Shown in pieces: positions 34,960-49,471 of a stretch of DNA of 64,000 nucleotides (within the stretch, counting starts at the first letter, position 1; each line of letters starts with the position of its first letter). The stretch comes from Lingula anatina (lineage: Eukaryota; Animalia; Brachiopoda), in the NCBI GenBank assembly GCA_051362555.1, contig CM120643.1, forward strand, positions 20,402,848-20,466,847. The letters are read 5' to 3'. Both the position numbers and the translations under genes were made by a program. Below the pieces are notes generated by a model that saw only the letters and a program-made list of their open reading frames with translations, was not told where the DNA came from and did no database searches.

Positions 34960-37900
34960 ATATGTAGTCACTTGTAGTGCATGAAATTCTCATTGAAAAA
35001 AGGGAGATCCGAGATTTGAACAGCAGAGATATTGCATAAAGTCAACTCATAACTTAATACAATGAAATTCAAAGGCTCATACTTAATAGGTTGGGGAGGG
35101 ATACTGCAATATACGTAGCCAGGAGGGGGTTCGGGGGGGGGGGGGGGGTTGATAGACATCCTTTTTGGTGGGAAAAAGGTCCACTCTGGGTAAAATTTGA
35201 TCTATGTACTTGAGGATTTTATGGTAAAAGATCCACTTTTTCAGAAAACGCCCCCCCCCCCCCCTTCTGAAATTGCTGGCTACGGGCCTAATAATATATA
35301 TATAATTTATTTATTTATATATTTTTTATTTTATTTTATTTTATTTTTTTGCACTTTACATCTGCAAGTACAATGTACTAGTACATAAACGGAAAACAAA
35401 AGTTGAGTTTAATGCAAGTATTTTAAACTACAGTTTACAGACAATTCAAGCCTTTCACTTATTCATTCATTTTCAACATATATGTAGAGCAAAGTACATG
35501 TAAATTAACCAGCTAGCATCGACTGTGAAAATTTTAGACCACATCATTTTAGTACATCATATCCAATAAGTAAAATGCAGGCCAGGAACCAGCATGACGG
35601 TGGACCCTGGGAGTTGTACTTCTCTTGTCCTCCACAGATGAAGGAGTTGTGTGCTGTTACAGTGTGTGTGACACAGCAGGCTTCAGCCACAGTCTCCAGA
35701 CAGCTGCCACAGATTCTTAAATGCAGGTGAATATTGTATTGTCACTTAATTATGAATATATAAATAAATACATGATTAATAAAACTGGATAAATTTCTTA
35801 GTATGAGTTGATATTATTGAGTGAATGAATGCATGTTTAAATAAATAAATAGATTGATGAAAGAATAATCAGAAATGTAAATTTTTTAATATTTAACTTT
35901 TTATATTCTTTAAAAGGACTGGAAATAGTTTTAATTTTTTATTTCAAAATTCCCTTTGACATGCCTCTAATTTATGTAAAGGTACTGCTATTTATTATTA
36001 GAAATTTATTTTCAGGATTGGCATAATGTGTACTAGTTTGAAAATAAAATATGTCAAGCAAAATGACTATCAGAAAAAGTTTCTCTGTAAGCAACATTTA
36101 TTCTCTTTCAATAAATTATTAATTAATCTTACACAGTGTTCGAAATTAACGCTGGACCGTCTGCCCGGGGTCGACAACTTTCTGAACGGGCCGAGAAGTT
36201 TTCCGCTTCATCAACCCGCCGGTCCAGTAACATTTTGAGATGTACCAGTATCAAGTAGTCGCGTATATTGTTTTTATTGATAGATAAATAAAATATAGAT
36301 TGAAAACTCAACTTGTCTGTTTTTGTTTATTCACCTACCCACGTCCATTTTGTAAGCACAGATGTCATGCATAGTGTCATTAACATGCCATATAGACAAC
36401 AACGCTGCCAATGGATCATAGGGGGAATTCCTAAGTGTCCTAACCAATCAAATATTATGTAACATTTCTACCTCCACATTTATTAAGGAAGAAAGGAATT
36501 TTTAATTTGTGAAACAGTTTTTTTATTAGTTAGATCTATTAATAGTGTGCTTATTAGTCTATTTCTCTTTAAATTAGACCAGGTTTCTTCCTGAGGCAGA
36601 TCATGGAAGCAGATGTTTTCCAAGGACAGAAAATGGTTGGTAATTTCTATTACCCAGACAGTACAGTGCAGAGGCTCATAGAAAAGATAGAATACAGATA
36701 TAAAGATGTGTCAAAGAGTATCCTGGAAGCTACCAGATTGCACACATTGATTGCTGGCCAACAGACTTTCGAGCTGGTTAGGACTAGCATGATTACCTGA
36801 CTTTTTTTATGCTATAGTTACCTTTGTGATGTTATGAGTCTGCTTATGACTAAAAATGTTGTGGTATTTTTATGTTAACATTCTAACAGATTTGGTTTTT
36901 TTTTGTTTTAGTTTGCTGATTATTTCTAGTTTATTTTACATTTCATTTATGTGTTAAGCATGATTATTTGAATGCCTGTAGCTGTTACTATGATAAACCT
37001 CCTTACACTGATGTATGAGAGAATGTCATTGCCTTATACTGTAGTACTTAATCTTTCATTGTCTTAAAGTACTTTATCTTTCGTGAACATTACATTTTAC
37101 ATTTCAGACTTTGGAGATGAATATGTGGTGTCCATTACTGATCACTGGAGGGAATGGTGTTGATTGCAGTCTTGTGGCCACTGAGTGGGATTCCCTTAAA
37201 AGAGCTATTTACAACACGTAAACCCACATGTAGCAATCGCTCTATTTCATCTAAAACAAAAGCAAAATGGTAAATATTTAATCGTCTTTCTTTATTTTAT
37301 TTTAGTGACAATGCCCATGAGATGACATGGTCACTGATCAACCAAAAGTACAGAGAGGCACATCCAAACATCCTAAATGTGATTGATTTAGCTCTCAGCT
37401 TGCCTGCCTCATCTGCTGAATGAGGTTTTTCAACTTTAAAGCTTACCAAAACAGACCAGCGCAACCGTCTCAGTGTGAGTACAGTCAAGAACATACTAGT
37501 GATCAAGCTCCTTTCCCCTGAGATAAAGGATTTTAACCCAGATGAGTCTATAATCTGGTGGAATTCAAACAGTCAACGAGCTCACCAGCCAACTTTCAAG
37601 ACATCCATGCAGAAGCTTTTGGAGGATGCTAACAGAAGTTCATCTGCTTCATTATAGGAAGGTGACATGGGAGATGCTGATGATGAGTTCACAGCTGCAA
37701 GTGGTGCTATACAGTACCAATCAGCAAGATCAGAACTGCATAACAAATCTGATGAAGATGTCAGTGACTTTGACTCTCTGTTTTACAGTGATGGTAGTGA
37801 TGGTGAGAATTTCAGTGATGTAGAAATTGAGTAAAATAAAACAAATGAGCAAATATAAAATGAGCTCAACATATGTTGATATGGGTATTACTAGGTTTTC

Positions 37901-40620
37901 ACAAAGTTCACTTAGAGCATTGTTTTTTGTCACACATGAAAATAAATATATACAGTGTGCATTGATAAAGAATGTCTTTTTTTATTCTTTTACCTCCAAG
38001 CATATGTATTACTTTCTATAAGTGTGATGTGTCCATAAGTAGGGTCTATAAATTTTTCCTATTTTTCTTTTGTTTTTACACAAAAAATAGGAAATCTGGT
38101 CTATATAAATACTGCAGTTTTCTTGGTTGAAATGCCACCAAAATTCACCATTTTGCTTCAAATTTTCAAAATTTTCTTGGGGGAGGACCCCCAAACTCCC
38201 ATCTCCCCAACCCTCCCCCCCACGTCGGCCTTCGTAGGTTGAAGGCCACCGGGCATACATTCAGTCCAGCTACTTTTCAAGAGGGCTAGACCTTCGGTCC
38301 AGCATGTTAATTTCCTAAGAGGCGAACACTGATCTTACAGTAAAATGTAAAATATTATATAAAGCTGCAGTGTGGTGAATATACTCCTTTATTAACAATC
38401 ATTTTGCAATAAATCCTCTTTGCTATCATGACATTTACTTATTTACATTATCTTCATATTCATGCTCTTACACTGTAACTTACAGCTTTTTATTTGCTTA
38501 CACTTGATACATCCTTGGGCAAAAATGGATATTGCCATAAAAAATTCAAATAAAATAACATGCACTGTGCAGTTAATTGTTAATAATGATTACATCAATT
38601 TATGAACCTCTTTCTTCAATGTCTGACATTATTATGCTGAAATCATCAAACTTATTTAGGACAGTACATGTTTACATTTTAATTAGTTATAAGGATTTTA
38701 CTTCTTCCTAGTCAGCACATATCCCAATCTAATTTTCTACATATTCTGACAGATAAAATGACTAAATAAGGCTGACCACATAAAATGTTCTCTGCACAGG
38801 AAAATCTTGTTTATTTGTTTCAGTTCATCTGATATAGAATTCCTTAACAAAATAATGATATCAAATATCACAGAGCAAATATACAAAAATATTTCACTCA
38901 CTAACACAAAAATCTCACTGCAACTTCCATCACACTATCTAAAAAATGAAAAAAATGTTAACAAAAGGTGTATAAGAGAAGCACTGCCTCCAATATTGTA
39001 AAATTAATGCAACATTGCAAAATATATACAAACTGGAACCATTGAAAAAGAAGATACAGGAGTTTCTTTAGGTCTTCTTCATTCACAGTCAGTAGGCTTT
39101 GAACATGTGAGAGAATTAAGTGCATCACTCTGGTGGGTGAAAAATGCCATCTTGACAACAGTGACATGCAATATCATTTTAAGGCATTTTGTCCATTTTT
39201 TACTATAGTTGTTGAAATGTGAAAGAATATGTAAAAATGACTTTGAACCTTTGTTTCTATAATTATATGGTCACCACTAAAGCAGATAATACAAATTTTG
39301 TCTGGAATATTTTCCAAATTTAATTCATTAATTAAAGGGAGTGGTTTGGACCCCCCTGCAAGAGGCTAGTTTTCACATCACTCATTCGTGCAAATTTTCA
39401 ATTTTTTTTTTTACATTGTATGCATCTGTCATATTTATAACATTCATGATAACATATATATAAAACACGAAAATATTTAGAACCAATTTTTTTTTATCAA
39501 CACCAAAGATTCTTTTAATTTAATTAGTAGCAAGCAAGAGGGAAGTTAGATGGATTCTGGGTGAAAAACCAATGGGAGGGGGAAGGGTTAGGAATAAACA
39601 CAAATTCTCATTTTAAACCATGCAATGTAAAGGAAACTGTACAATACAATACAATACAATAGATTTATTTCATTTCAGGAAACATTAGCTTTGCAGCTAT
39701 TCACTGACTGGGTTAGGACATAGTACATTTCTACAAATAATGCAGTATTTACACATTTAGGTTTAGTAAGATAGTAAATGATACATCTATTTATGAAAAA
39801 TACACAAATGCTAGACATAATTAAATGTGAAAAATAAACAAACATTTAACATACAAAGTTCAGTAAATAACATTAAATAATGTAAACATGTTGTATATAT
39901 TATTACACACTTTTGCTAAATGCATATAGGTTACGCAAGCTACATTTACTCCATTAAAACATAGTGCCCATGGTGAGCTTAGCTATCCTAAGCATTCAAA
40001 ACACTATAACACCCCTTATGCCTGTTGATGTTAATTGAGAAGGTATTGAAGGGTTAACAGAAAAGTAACATGATAAAAGGAGTATTTTGGGATTATTTTA
40101 AAAAGAGACAGCAAAATGTATTATGCACTAATGCAAAAGTCTTACAAAAATTGGGTAAAATTCTGCAAAAAATATCACCTTTAGTACATTTTGCAATGTG
40201 TAAAGAGTAAAGTTTTTTAAAAAGATTTGAAATTTATTATACAAAGTTTGATCATTTTTTCACTATCTTTTGACTTGTGTAATGTGTCTGTACTGCAAAT
40301 ATCAATATGAAAGATGATATACTGTTTCTCATCAAATTATGGTTATGTTGTAAAAATAGCAAAACAAAACAAAAAATACGGTTATAAAACATAAATAAAT
40401 CCAGTTTCTGGAGAAATTATCAGATAACAGCCATTGCAGCAAAAGTTCTTGTGTCTTGAAATCACAATATCCTTGAAAATCTTCCAAATTACCAGCAAAT
40501 GAAAAAAAAGAAATGAATATGTCAACCATTCACATGAAAACTGTTCTGAAATGTCATCAGGGTAACTAATTTAAAATCCAAAATTTCAAAAATCTTTGGA
40601 GTAATGCTGGTAGAAAAACT
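34960..40620. repeat. Intergenic segmental duplication paralogous to 17340-17742, 20451-22220 and 25127-25880
   Basis: Colinear homology once copy-specific insertions are removed. Confidence 0.9.
36134..38331 (+). mobile_element. hAT transposon (internally deleted) with ZNF862-like transposase remnant
   Basis: TSD ATCTTACA on both sides, TIRs CAGTGTTCG...CGAACACTG; dimerisation-domain motif HPNILNVIDLALSLPASSAE*GFSTLKLTKTDQRNRLS at about 37360-37475; empty site at about 21038. Confidence 0.9.
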
Positions 40621-41891
40621 TTTATGACATTATTATTATTATTATTATAATTACCAAACTTGCAACCCGAGGGTTGGATAATTACAATCATTGCATCATA
40701 GTTGTTTAAAACCATTAGTAAGTAAGAATAAAGGAATATTAAAAGACATATGAAAACAAATTTAAAACAAAATAACTAAAACAGGGCGTCAAGTTATAAC
40801 AGACCTTCAGAAAATAGGAAAAATGTTTTTAAAAAATAAAAAAATAGGAATTTTATCGAAAAAGTATAGGAAAAATAGGAATTATTCTAAAATAATGATG
40901 CCTTCCCAACACCTCTAAAGCCATACACATCTTTAATTGTAGTAAATAACACTATTTAGTGTAGCAACAATTTATCTAACAAATTTACAAACAACAACAT
41001 AAAATACTAGAGGCTTTGTCACACCTAGCATAAATAGGTACATATATGTACGTATGTATTATATGTGATCAATTATATGCAAAGTTTGAGGCTAGAAATC
41101 ATCATTTTCAGGATATTTAAAAGATTTAAGCAGCGTATGGAATTGTTTTTTAACATCCCTAAAATATTTATCCCCCTCTGATTACATGAACATAACCAAT
41201 GTTTGTCACCATATGAATAATTTTTTCTTATATGAAAGTGGTGAACACTGACAGTGCTTTAATTCAGTTCTGTGCAATAATTATAAAATCCACTTCATAT
41301 GTTGTGCTTATGAAGTCCAAACAATGTCAACTGTCAAAAACATTTTTTTACAATTAAGACAACTTTTTTATCCTTACTGTAACATGGTCCTATCCACTTG
41401 ATTTTCGCACTCAACCTGTATTTTAGTAACAATGATTCCTCCTGTTAACTTGAAGACAATAGGCCTACAAAGTATAATATGTGCTTAAAAAACTACTTTG
41501 CTGCCAGAAAAAATTGCAATCAGGCCGTTTTCTAACTGAAGCTGTATTACAGTTATAAATCTTTTCTGTAATTTTGAGATTCATAAGTAACAAGGTTTTC
41601 CATTAATGGTCATTGTGGCATCAGAGCCCAAAATGGGATTTTTCTTCAACTTTGATGCAATATTACATAGTACTTACCACCATAATCATGACCAATTTTA
41701 ATTATGCACTGCAGGTAACACAGATAAATGGAAAATGTGATTAGCAGAGGTGTTGAGGCCCATGGAATTCATAAAATTGCCAATATGTGAAAAGTGAACA
41801 TTTCAAAAAAAAAAAAAAAAAAAAAAAATGCATGACTACAAGGAAAATAGTCTGATCAGGCTTTTTCTCTCAAACTCGACCTAGTTAATAT

Positions 41892-42059
41892 CAGGGGCGG
41901 ATTTAGGCCGTCTTCTGGGTCTTTCGGAAGACGGTCAGATTTTCAAGTTTCATTGACGGGTATCTAATTTTTTCTGTCGGAAGACGGTCAAAAAATGGAA
42001 GATGGATCAACAGAGATAATGTAGAAGACTGTCAGAAAATATCTCTGGATCCGCCCCTG
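41892..42059. mobile_element. Short hAT-like MITE
   Basis: CAGGGGCGGATTTAG...CTGGATCCGCCCCTG termini. Confidence 0.65.
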
Positions 42060-42189
42060 AATATGCACATGCATATTAACAAAAAGGATCCAAAAAAGCA
42101 TAATGTTTGGAAAAAAAGGTTTAAAAAATGGAAATAAAAGTCTATCAGTTAATTCTGAAACTTGTATATGGCACCTGTTAAAAAGCCAC

Positions 42190-42865
42190 TCATTGATCAT
42201 TTGGTTTTAATTTTAGGTCGTTTGAATGTCTCCTGTTCCCTTAATGAACATTTTGTTCTGTAGTCTAAGGTAATGCAGTCTACGATTTGGTTCATTTGAT
42301 ATACTGATGCACTGAGCCGTCTTTCACTCAGTAGTTCAAGTTTACTATGTTCACAAGCAGCGTCATATTCAAGATCAGGATAAATTATCTTAAGCGCTCT
42401 TTCTTGAAACTTTTCTACTAGTGCAGTCAATTAATTCCTTAACCCAGAGTGCCAGACAGGGGCAGCATACTGTATTCTAAAACTGGCCTTATGACCGTCT
42501 GGTAATAGGTTACAAGCTTAAGGTCATCAGTTGTAAGGCCTGCACGTTTCAGGTGCTGTAGGAAATAAATCCTTTTGCTTGATTTTTTTGGTGATTTTAT
42601 CTACATGTACCTTTCATGTGAGGTTATTAGAGATTTACACTCCAAGTAATTTTCATGATTCTAAAAATTCAATATCTGTTTTGTCAATCACGAGCTTAGG
42701 GATATCTGCATTCTTGCGTTTAAATGATATGGCCATTTGTTTGGTTTTTTTCCTGTTTAATCGCATATTGTTTGTCCTAGACCGGTCGTATGTTGTAATT
42801 AGCAATTTCCTGTAATTTACTTTCATCAAATTGTCTAAGGATCTCAGAAACTGTTGTGTCATCCA
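42190..42865 (-). mobile_element. L2/CR1-type LINE RT C-terminal fragment
   Basis: NNMRLNRKKTKQMAISF, YAAPVWH, EKFQERALKII motifs across frameshifts. Confidence 0.8.
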
Positions 42866-43973
42866 TATACTAGCTTATGGCACAAAGGTTCACCAGGAGG
42901 TAGATGTAAATCATTTACCATCAGATCATAAACACAGACAAAAATCATAAGAACCTTTACAAAGAGATATGCAATCATGATCAATATCAAATTTTATCTA
43001 TAATAAAGTTTATCAGAAGAATCTGCATAATCATCCTCGCTTGGGAGATAGGGCAACTATCCCTATGATCCAAAGTCGTCGATGAATTTTTGCATTTCGT
43101 CCAGATCAGCCTTATGAACAGTGGGCTTTGTCACCTCAAGGGACATCAGCATATCACTCTGGAAAACAGAAACAATAGTGGCAGAAATTAGAAAACAGGA
43201 CAAAAATCATATACCCACCACAGCTACATTAGGTACATGCATGTATATTTTTATCTCATGAATGTTTATCTTGTTGATTTCTAGCTAGAGGCTTTTTAAC
43301 ACAGTATATGCCTGATATTAAACTGAGTTTGCTTTATCCTTTCTTATGTCACACATAAAACTGGTCGTTTACTTACCCTATGTGACACCTGGCAAATTAA
43401 AGGACCAACCTAATACTTACAGTACCACAGATGCAGTGCGATAGTTTCATGCTATTTCGATCTGTACGATGTTTAACTTAACAATCACTATATCCATAGC
43501 TGTGACAAAGGCCTGACACAAACTTCTCCTCCATACTTACCATAGAAACAACAGGTTCAAATAATTTATCTCCAGGCACATCCATCCAGTTCATTTCCAC
43601 AGCCTTGGGGTCACCCGGGGAGCAAGGGGTCAAGAGGTCATTGACTATCATATCTGGGTTATCCCGTGATGGGCCTCTTACCTGAAGATGTGAAATAAGC
43701 CCATTGTTTGATAGCCAACTGAACTGTAAGCATCTCTTTAAAAGACATTTCATCTGAGACTCTTGTGGCAGACTGCATTTTCCTTTGTTTCTTGCAACAA
43801 ATGTTCTTGGGTTAATAATTCATAAGGTATCTTTCAATCACATTAAGATCACTTTCAGTCTACTTCTAATTTTTATGATAAACAAGGGGAAAAGAAACCT
43901 GCAAGGTCTGTGTCTTGTTATGACTACACTAATGCAAATAGTTTAGAGCACATAAATTGTGTTTTCACTTTAA

Positions 43974-44338
43974 AGGTACATACGAACCGAGCATCGGTGG
44001 AGTCTGGATTCCCAGTAACACATGTAAACCACTTCTACTAGATTCTTATATGACTCAAATAAATTTGACATGCCAAGGGAAAAACTGAATAGATCACTCG
44101 ATGAGCCATAAAAGACCTTTAGACTGCTCCTTTCTTTAAATTTATGGTTGTAAATTTAACCTACTTTCGTGACCTACTTTCCTGTCCCATTGACATACAG
44201 CTTAGAATGCCAGCAGAAAAATCATTTTCGGGTAAAATTATACAATGCCTTCTGGTAATTCTCTTAGTTATACTACTTGAAACTATATGCTGGCATTTGG
44301 TTGGTTTCTGTGACAAAAAATTGACTTTGTATGCATCT
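43974..44338 (+). mobile_element. TTAA-target MITE in copy D intron 10
   Basis: TTAA on both sides; single TTAA at the empty site in copy C (about 26855). Confidence 0.9.
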
Positions 44339-44353
44339 TTAAGTTTCATTTTT

Positions 44354-44573
44354 AACTAGAAAAGCACTCCAAGGCAGCAATTTTTTCATTATTATTGATT
44401 ATTGATTGATTATTGATCCAGATCACCACCCAAAACTAATCATCTGTTCCTTGGCCCACTTCTGACAGTTCCTGAAAATGTCATCAGAATCGGTCCATAC
44501 CTTTTTGAGTTATGTTGATGACAGACAAACAAACAAACAGGGGTGAAAACATAACCTCCTTGGTGGAGGTAAT
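44354..44573 (-). mobile_element. Short Helentron-type element
   Basis: aactagaaaagcactcc start, (ACAG/AAAC)n tract, terminal aacctccttggtggaggtaat hairpin; same start at about 16278. Confidence 0.7.
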
Positions 44574-45873
44574 TATTCCCTGGTTTCTACAATAAACAGG
44601 GATCAAAACAAAAACCTGGAAATTTTTACTTCAAATCACTCTCACCTGTTTGAAATGTGTGGCAGTCTGTACTTTCCTTAATGGCTGCATTAGTGCGTTT
44701 TTTACTACTGTATTGATATCTGCTCCAGAGTAGCTAAAATCAAACAATAGTATATAGATATTAGCAGAGCAAAAGTAAGCCAGTCTGCAACATTGATACC
44801 GACTCCATGCCAAATGTCTGTAAAGAAAGAATTATAAGGAAAAGTGTCAGGTCAGAAAACTTTGTCATTTTCCTCAGTTAATACTGGTCATCTAGGGTGG
44901 TTTCTTCTTTGAGTTTGAAATTTTTAGACCCTAATGTTTCAAAACTGAAGTGGGCTAAAACAATTTAGGCAGAGATAACTTGAAAAGACATTCAGGTACT
45001 AGAACTTAACATATATATATATCAATATAGACTTTTATAGTGCTCAAATTTCCCCAGTTTTGCATGATTTATCATTTAATAAATTTAAGATTGTTTGAAT
45101 GGCTTCACAAAAGTTCACACGGACATTGACAGCTTACCCCTCAGTTCTCAGTCCTAATTCTCTGAAGTTTTCTTGGGTGAGAGAGTTTGGGGTGTTCCCA
45201 AGATGCAACTGAAACATGGTGGCTCGAGCAGGGGCTTCTGGGAGTGGGATGTAGATTTTTTTCTCAAAGCTAGCAAAAAGCAGGTCAATATGCAGTTATT
45301 CACTTAACTTGCAGTAATGTTGTTTGGTAAACAAGTGTGTGTGCATGTGTGCACATGTGCACGTGTGTATGCAAACATTCCATGTGTGTGTGCATGCATG
45401 TGTGTGTATGCATGCAAGCCTTCCATATATATATGTGTGTGTGTGTGTGCATGTGTGTGTGTGTGTGTAACTGCCTACCTTCGCATTATAGCAGAGTCAA
45501 GCAACCAAGGCATATTTGTGGCTACTAACACAAAAATTCCTTTGCTATCATTTCCAACACCTGAAATGTTAAGGTCAATTTTCACATTAACATTCTCAAT
45601 AACTGATAGAAACAGACTGATAGTAGACTGTGTGCATTCCTTCAGAGAAAAATTTAATTACTGAACAAGAAAGAAATTTTAGTGAGTTACTTGCAACACT
45701 TTTGCACAACTAAGCCTACTATAAATATGAAAGATTGCCTATTAGATGTTTGATTCTGATGCAATAAAATCTTAAAATAGTTTTCTTAAAATATAATTGT
45801 GATGAAATTTAACAAAACCTTCAAATGGTCTTTTAGAGTATTCTTGGGCAAACCAAAGAATCTATAACAAATC

Positions 45874-46066
45874 GAGTCCGAAAGTTCATTGGTCCGAAGG
45901 TTCATTGGTCCGAAAATTCATAGAATTTTCATCAGTTTTTCAATAATAAAAAGGTTCATTGGTCCGAAGGTTCATTAGTCCAAAGGTTCGATAGTCCAAA
46001 GGTTCATTAGTCTGAAGGTTCGATAGTCCAAAGGTTCATTAGTCTGAAGGTTCGATAGTCCGAAAC
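45874..46066. repeat. Tandem 16-bp GTCCGAAGGTTC(A/G)..A repeats, probable structured terminus of a Mutator-like element
   Basis: About 9 units beginning exactly where VPS4 intron 7 homology stops. Confidence 0.6.
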
Positions 46067-47381
46067 GTTTTAAGACGTTCATCAGTTTGAAGAATTATAA
46101 TTACAAACGGAATCTAAGGGTACGTTCCCAATCAAACTATCGTTCTACGTAGATTGATCCAACTCCACCGGGACTCTCACTGAATGCAATCAGAATATCA
46201 ATCCTCAAGCTGCTTGGGGGTGATTACGTAACCTTCGTGTGAACTCCGCTTCTAGAATCTTTATCATTTCGTTTTGAGTGCAACCAAAATGCACATGAAA
46301 ATTATCCATATAGGTCGTATTGTTTCCGTGAACTACTCCTTACAATATGGGGAAGTTTGGGGATATGCAATGGCTACCCATTCCAACCAATGAACACCAT
46401 ACATGATTCATATGAAATATTGAATAAAGATTGGATAAAATGAGAGAACGCCTTTAATGACATTTAACTGAATGGCCTGTGGTATTAATTTTTGAATCGT
46501 ATAAGAAACTGATAAAAGTGGTTTCACGCTCCATCAAGGCTTCCTTTAAGTGCACACTGTATATTTTCAAAAGAAAAAAAAAAAACAGGTGTTTCAATTA
46601 TGAAATTTTTTGGATTGCGGGAGAGTCCCGTTTTTCTAGAGGCTGATTGCGGTCCACGTCCACCCTGTACTCATGAATACCAAGCCAACAGTTTTGTAAA
46701 AATCAGTGATAATCGACTTTTCAAGACTGGATGAATAGGTCAATGCAAGAAAGCCACTTTACAGACAACTCCACCCTCCAGCGATCATAACCGTACCACC
46801 AGCGTGAGCGTGGTGGAAGACATAGGCTAGTCCCGACCCATCTAGTACGGCCTCTGCTGGTTCCGCGTCATGGTGGATACAATTAACCGTTACCGTTTCT
46901 TCCCCTAGACTAAGCCAGATGAGTTGCAGGAGAGGCAGCCCTAATATGTTATTTCTGATGTTATTATTGTGAGGAAACGTTTTCAGAGTCATCTGTAAGT
47001 TGATGGGGAAAGTACATGTAAGTATATTTGTGATTTCATTTAATTTTTGTCTACTGTTTTTCATTTCTTTTTTATTCAGGAGTTTCTGTGTGTATTTACC
47101 TTGATTATTTAATTTAAGCTCTTCGTATAATTATTTGTTTTCTCTATTTCTGTAATTATTTTATTTCTGCAACTGTCTTTATTCAGTTTTTAGTTCACCA
47201 TAATATAGATCAATAAACTTCTACTCCCATCATTTTGAATTAGTGGTAAGCAGGTGTACAATACAAAAATGAACTCGATATACCGCAGACACAAACCACA
47301 TGTATGATATATTATGTATCTGTTATGGTGAAAGATAAATCTACATATGTAAGTAACTGTCAGTTTAAAAAAAATGTTCTG

Positions 47382-47618
47382 GCCCCCGTTTCACAAAAAA
47401 ATAGGTAATGAAACATCATGTCTTGTGAAACTTTTGAAATTTTAAACCTCCTTTTCTTGAAGAGTTTCTCGTGCGTGTCGACTACGGTAAGCACACCAAG
47501 CTACGACTTTAGATTCTTTGTGAAACACTCCTAGTCGACTGCAGCGTAGTCGACCTAGCTAGGCCATTCAGCTTGAGCTAGTCAACTACGGATTTAAGAT
47601 TCTTTGTGAAACGGGGGC
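47382..47618. mobile_element. Harbinger-type MITE
   Basis: ctg[GCCCCCGTTTCACAAA...TTTGTGAAACGGGGGC]ctg. Confidence 0.75.
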
Positions 47619-48812
47619 CTGGACATGCAACAGCAGACTATCTGTTATGAAAAAAAAAAAAAAGAAAATGTTGGTTATACAGACATCTCATCAATTACAG
47701 AACTATACAAACGTAATTTCTTTAAAAATATTCTTACATTCCAAGAAACCTATCAGTCAGTTAAAGCTCTGCTCTGATAAACATCTCATGGTAGCTTTTC
47801 GTCATAGAAAAATACCGTTACAACAGAGATATTAATCATATTGTGACAACACTGAAAATGAATATCTTTTCATTTTAAGTGGCCTTATGTTACACTGTCC
47901 CCAGGAAAAAAGTTCATAATCCGTATTTCTTTATTAGCTTCCGCCCTTCAGATAAATGCGTCTAGTGATAAAGTACTGTTAGTACTGACTGTGATATTTA
48001 GTACGCATTATCAAACCTGAAATAATTCAGCAGAAGAGATAGATTTGGGAACGGTAGGCACAATAGCTGTAGTTATATTAATCTACTTTTTATATACCAA
48101 TATAAAGACTTACATATCACTTCAACTAAATTTTCTAAAAAAGAACCGTGAGACCACAATGGTCTTAATTAGAACTATACTATACTACACTGACTAAATA
48201 TACTATACTACACTGACTAAGCTACTCTAAAACTGTACTATAGTTCCCATGGTGTAAGCCTTTCGAAAACGAATCTGCTGAAATCAACAGTGGCGTGTTG
48301 AATGTCACATTAACACGCGCTGCTTAATGGCAAAAGCAGTAACATCGGCCTAGGTAATTCTTCACGACGCGTTCCCAATGAAACTACTGTACAAGGCAGA
48401 CTATATAGGTTCTGGTAGACAGATCGATCCAACTCGGCGGGGATTTTTGATGAATGCAATCTAATTAACACCACTCTTCTTGTTTCTAGCGTACACGCAT
48501 AATTACCAGCTTTTCTGCATTATACTGAGCGCCAGGAGGTGAAGAGTTGAATCTGCTGTGAATCTGCTGTAAAATTGAACCGCCCCAGCTAGTGCGATGC
48601 GTGAATCTGAGTGCGCCCTTAATTTCATCTTATCGCATGGCTATACAAAAGACATCAAAAGGCTAACTCCAGAGTATAATTCAATTTTGTCTTACCACCC
48701 TGTCCCAAATATGTATGAAGATGTATCTGTAGAATATCTTTTTTCAACCAAATGCATTTTGCAACCAGTCTGTATCCACCCCAGAGACAGCCCCAACCTA
48801 AAAGCACCAAAC

Positions 48813-49467
48813 TTAGGGCGCATTCCCACAGATTTTAGATCAATCTATCCCCGTGGGGAATCTCACTAGATTATTGTCAGATAATCTGGCTTAAATGTCC
48901 ATCCCGCCTACTACAAGCTGTAAGGGGGTAATTAACTTTCGTGCCCTCTCGGCTGATAGCTATTAAGTGTGAACCCCCAGGGAGTTAGGTCGATCTAGTT
49001 GAATCAATGTAATCTCTGGGAATGGGGTCTTAGAGAGGGCCCATTCACATTCCTGATAATACATTTATCAATCCCCAAAGTTTAAGGGAGCATTCAGATC
49101 CAGACACTGTACCAGCTGGATCGATCCAACTCTGCTGGGATTCTCGCTTAAATACAGTCATTGTTATAAGCTTGATTGTCTAACATGCCTCCCTCGAGCA
49201 GCTAAGGGCTAATTACCTTTTGTATGCACTCAAGAGGGGCGTGTCAGACAATTGAGCTGGTTACATTGACTGCACTTTACCAAATGTTGGATCGATCCAG
49301 TTGGTACGTTGTTTGCATCTGAATGCCCCTTCCTCAGTCCTCACTGGCTAGGGCGCACTATAGTTAATTACCCCCTCACAGCTTTTAGTAGCCAGCTAAC
49401 CTGACAGTAATCTAGTGAGACTCCCCACTGGGATAGATCGATCTAAAGTCTGTGGGAATTGGGTCAA
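48813..49467. mobile_element. Nested MITE pair sharing a GATCGATC(C/T)AA motif
   Basis: Outer IR attcccacaga.tttagatc...gatctaaagtctgtgggaat; inner IR (about 49087-49330) gcattcagat..a.aca..gtacca.ctggatcgatccaac. Confidence 0.65.
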
Positions 49468-49471
49468 AGAC

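Larger units (their letters stand above)
43063..45560 (-). pseudogene. VPS4: VPS4 copy D: exons 8-12 only (5'-truncated within the window)
   Basis: Exons 45560-45479, 45269-45138, 44733-44646, 43681-43541, 43158-43063 have the same sizes and phases as in copy C and end FIDDFGS* (GAG to TAG, 2 codons early). Intron 7 homology stops at about 45873, and no exons 1-7 were found to the right. Confidence 0.85.
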
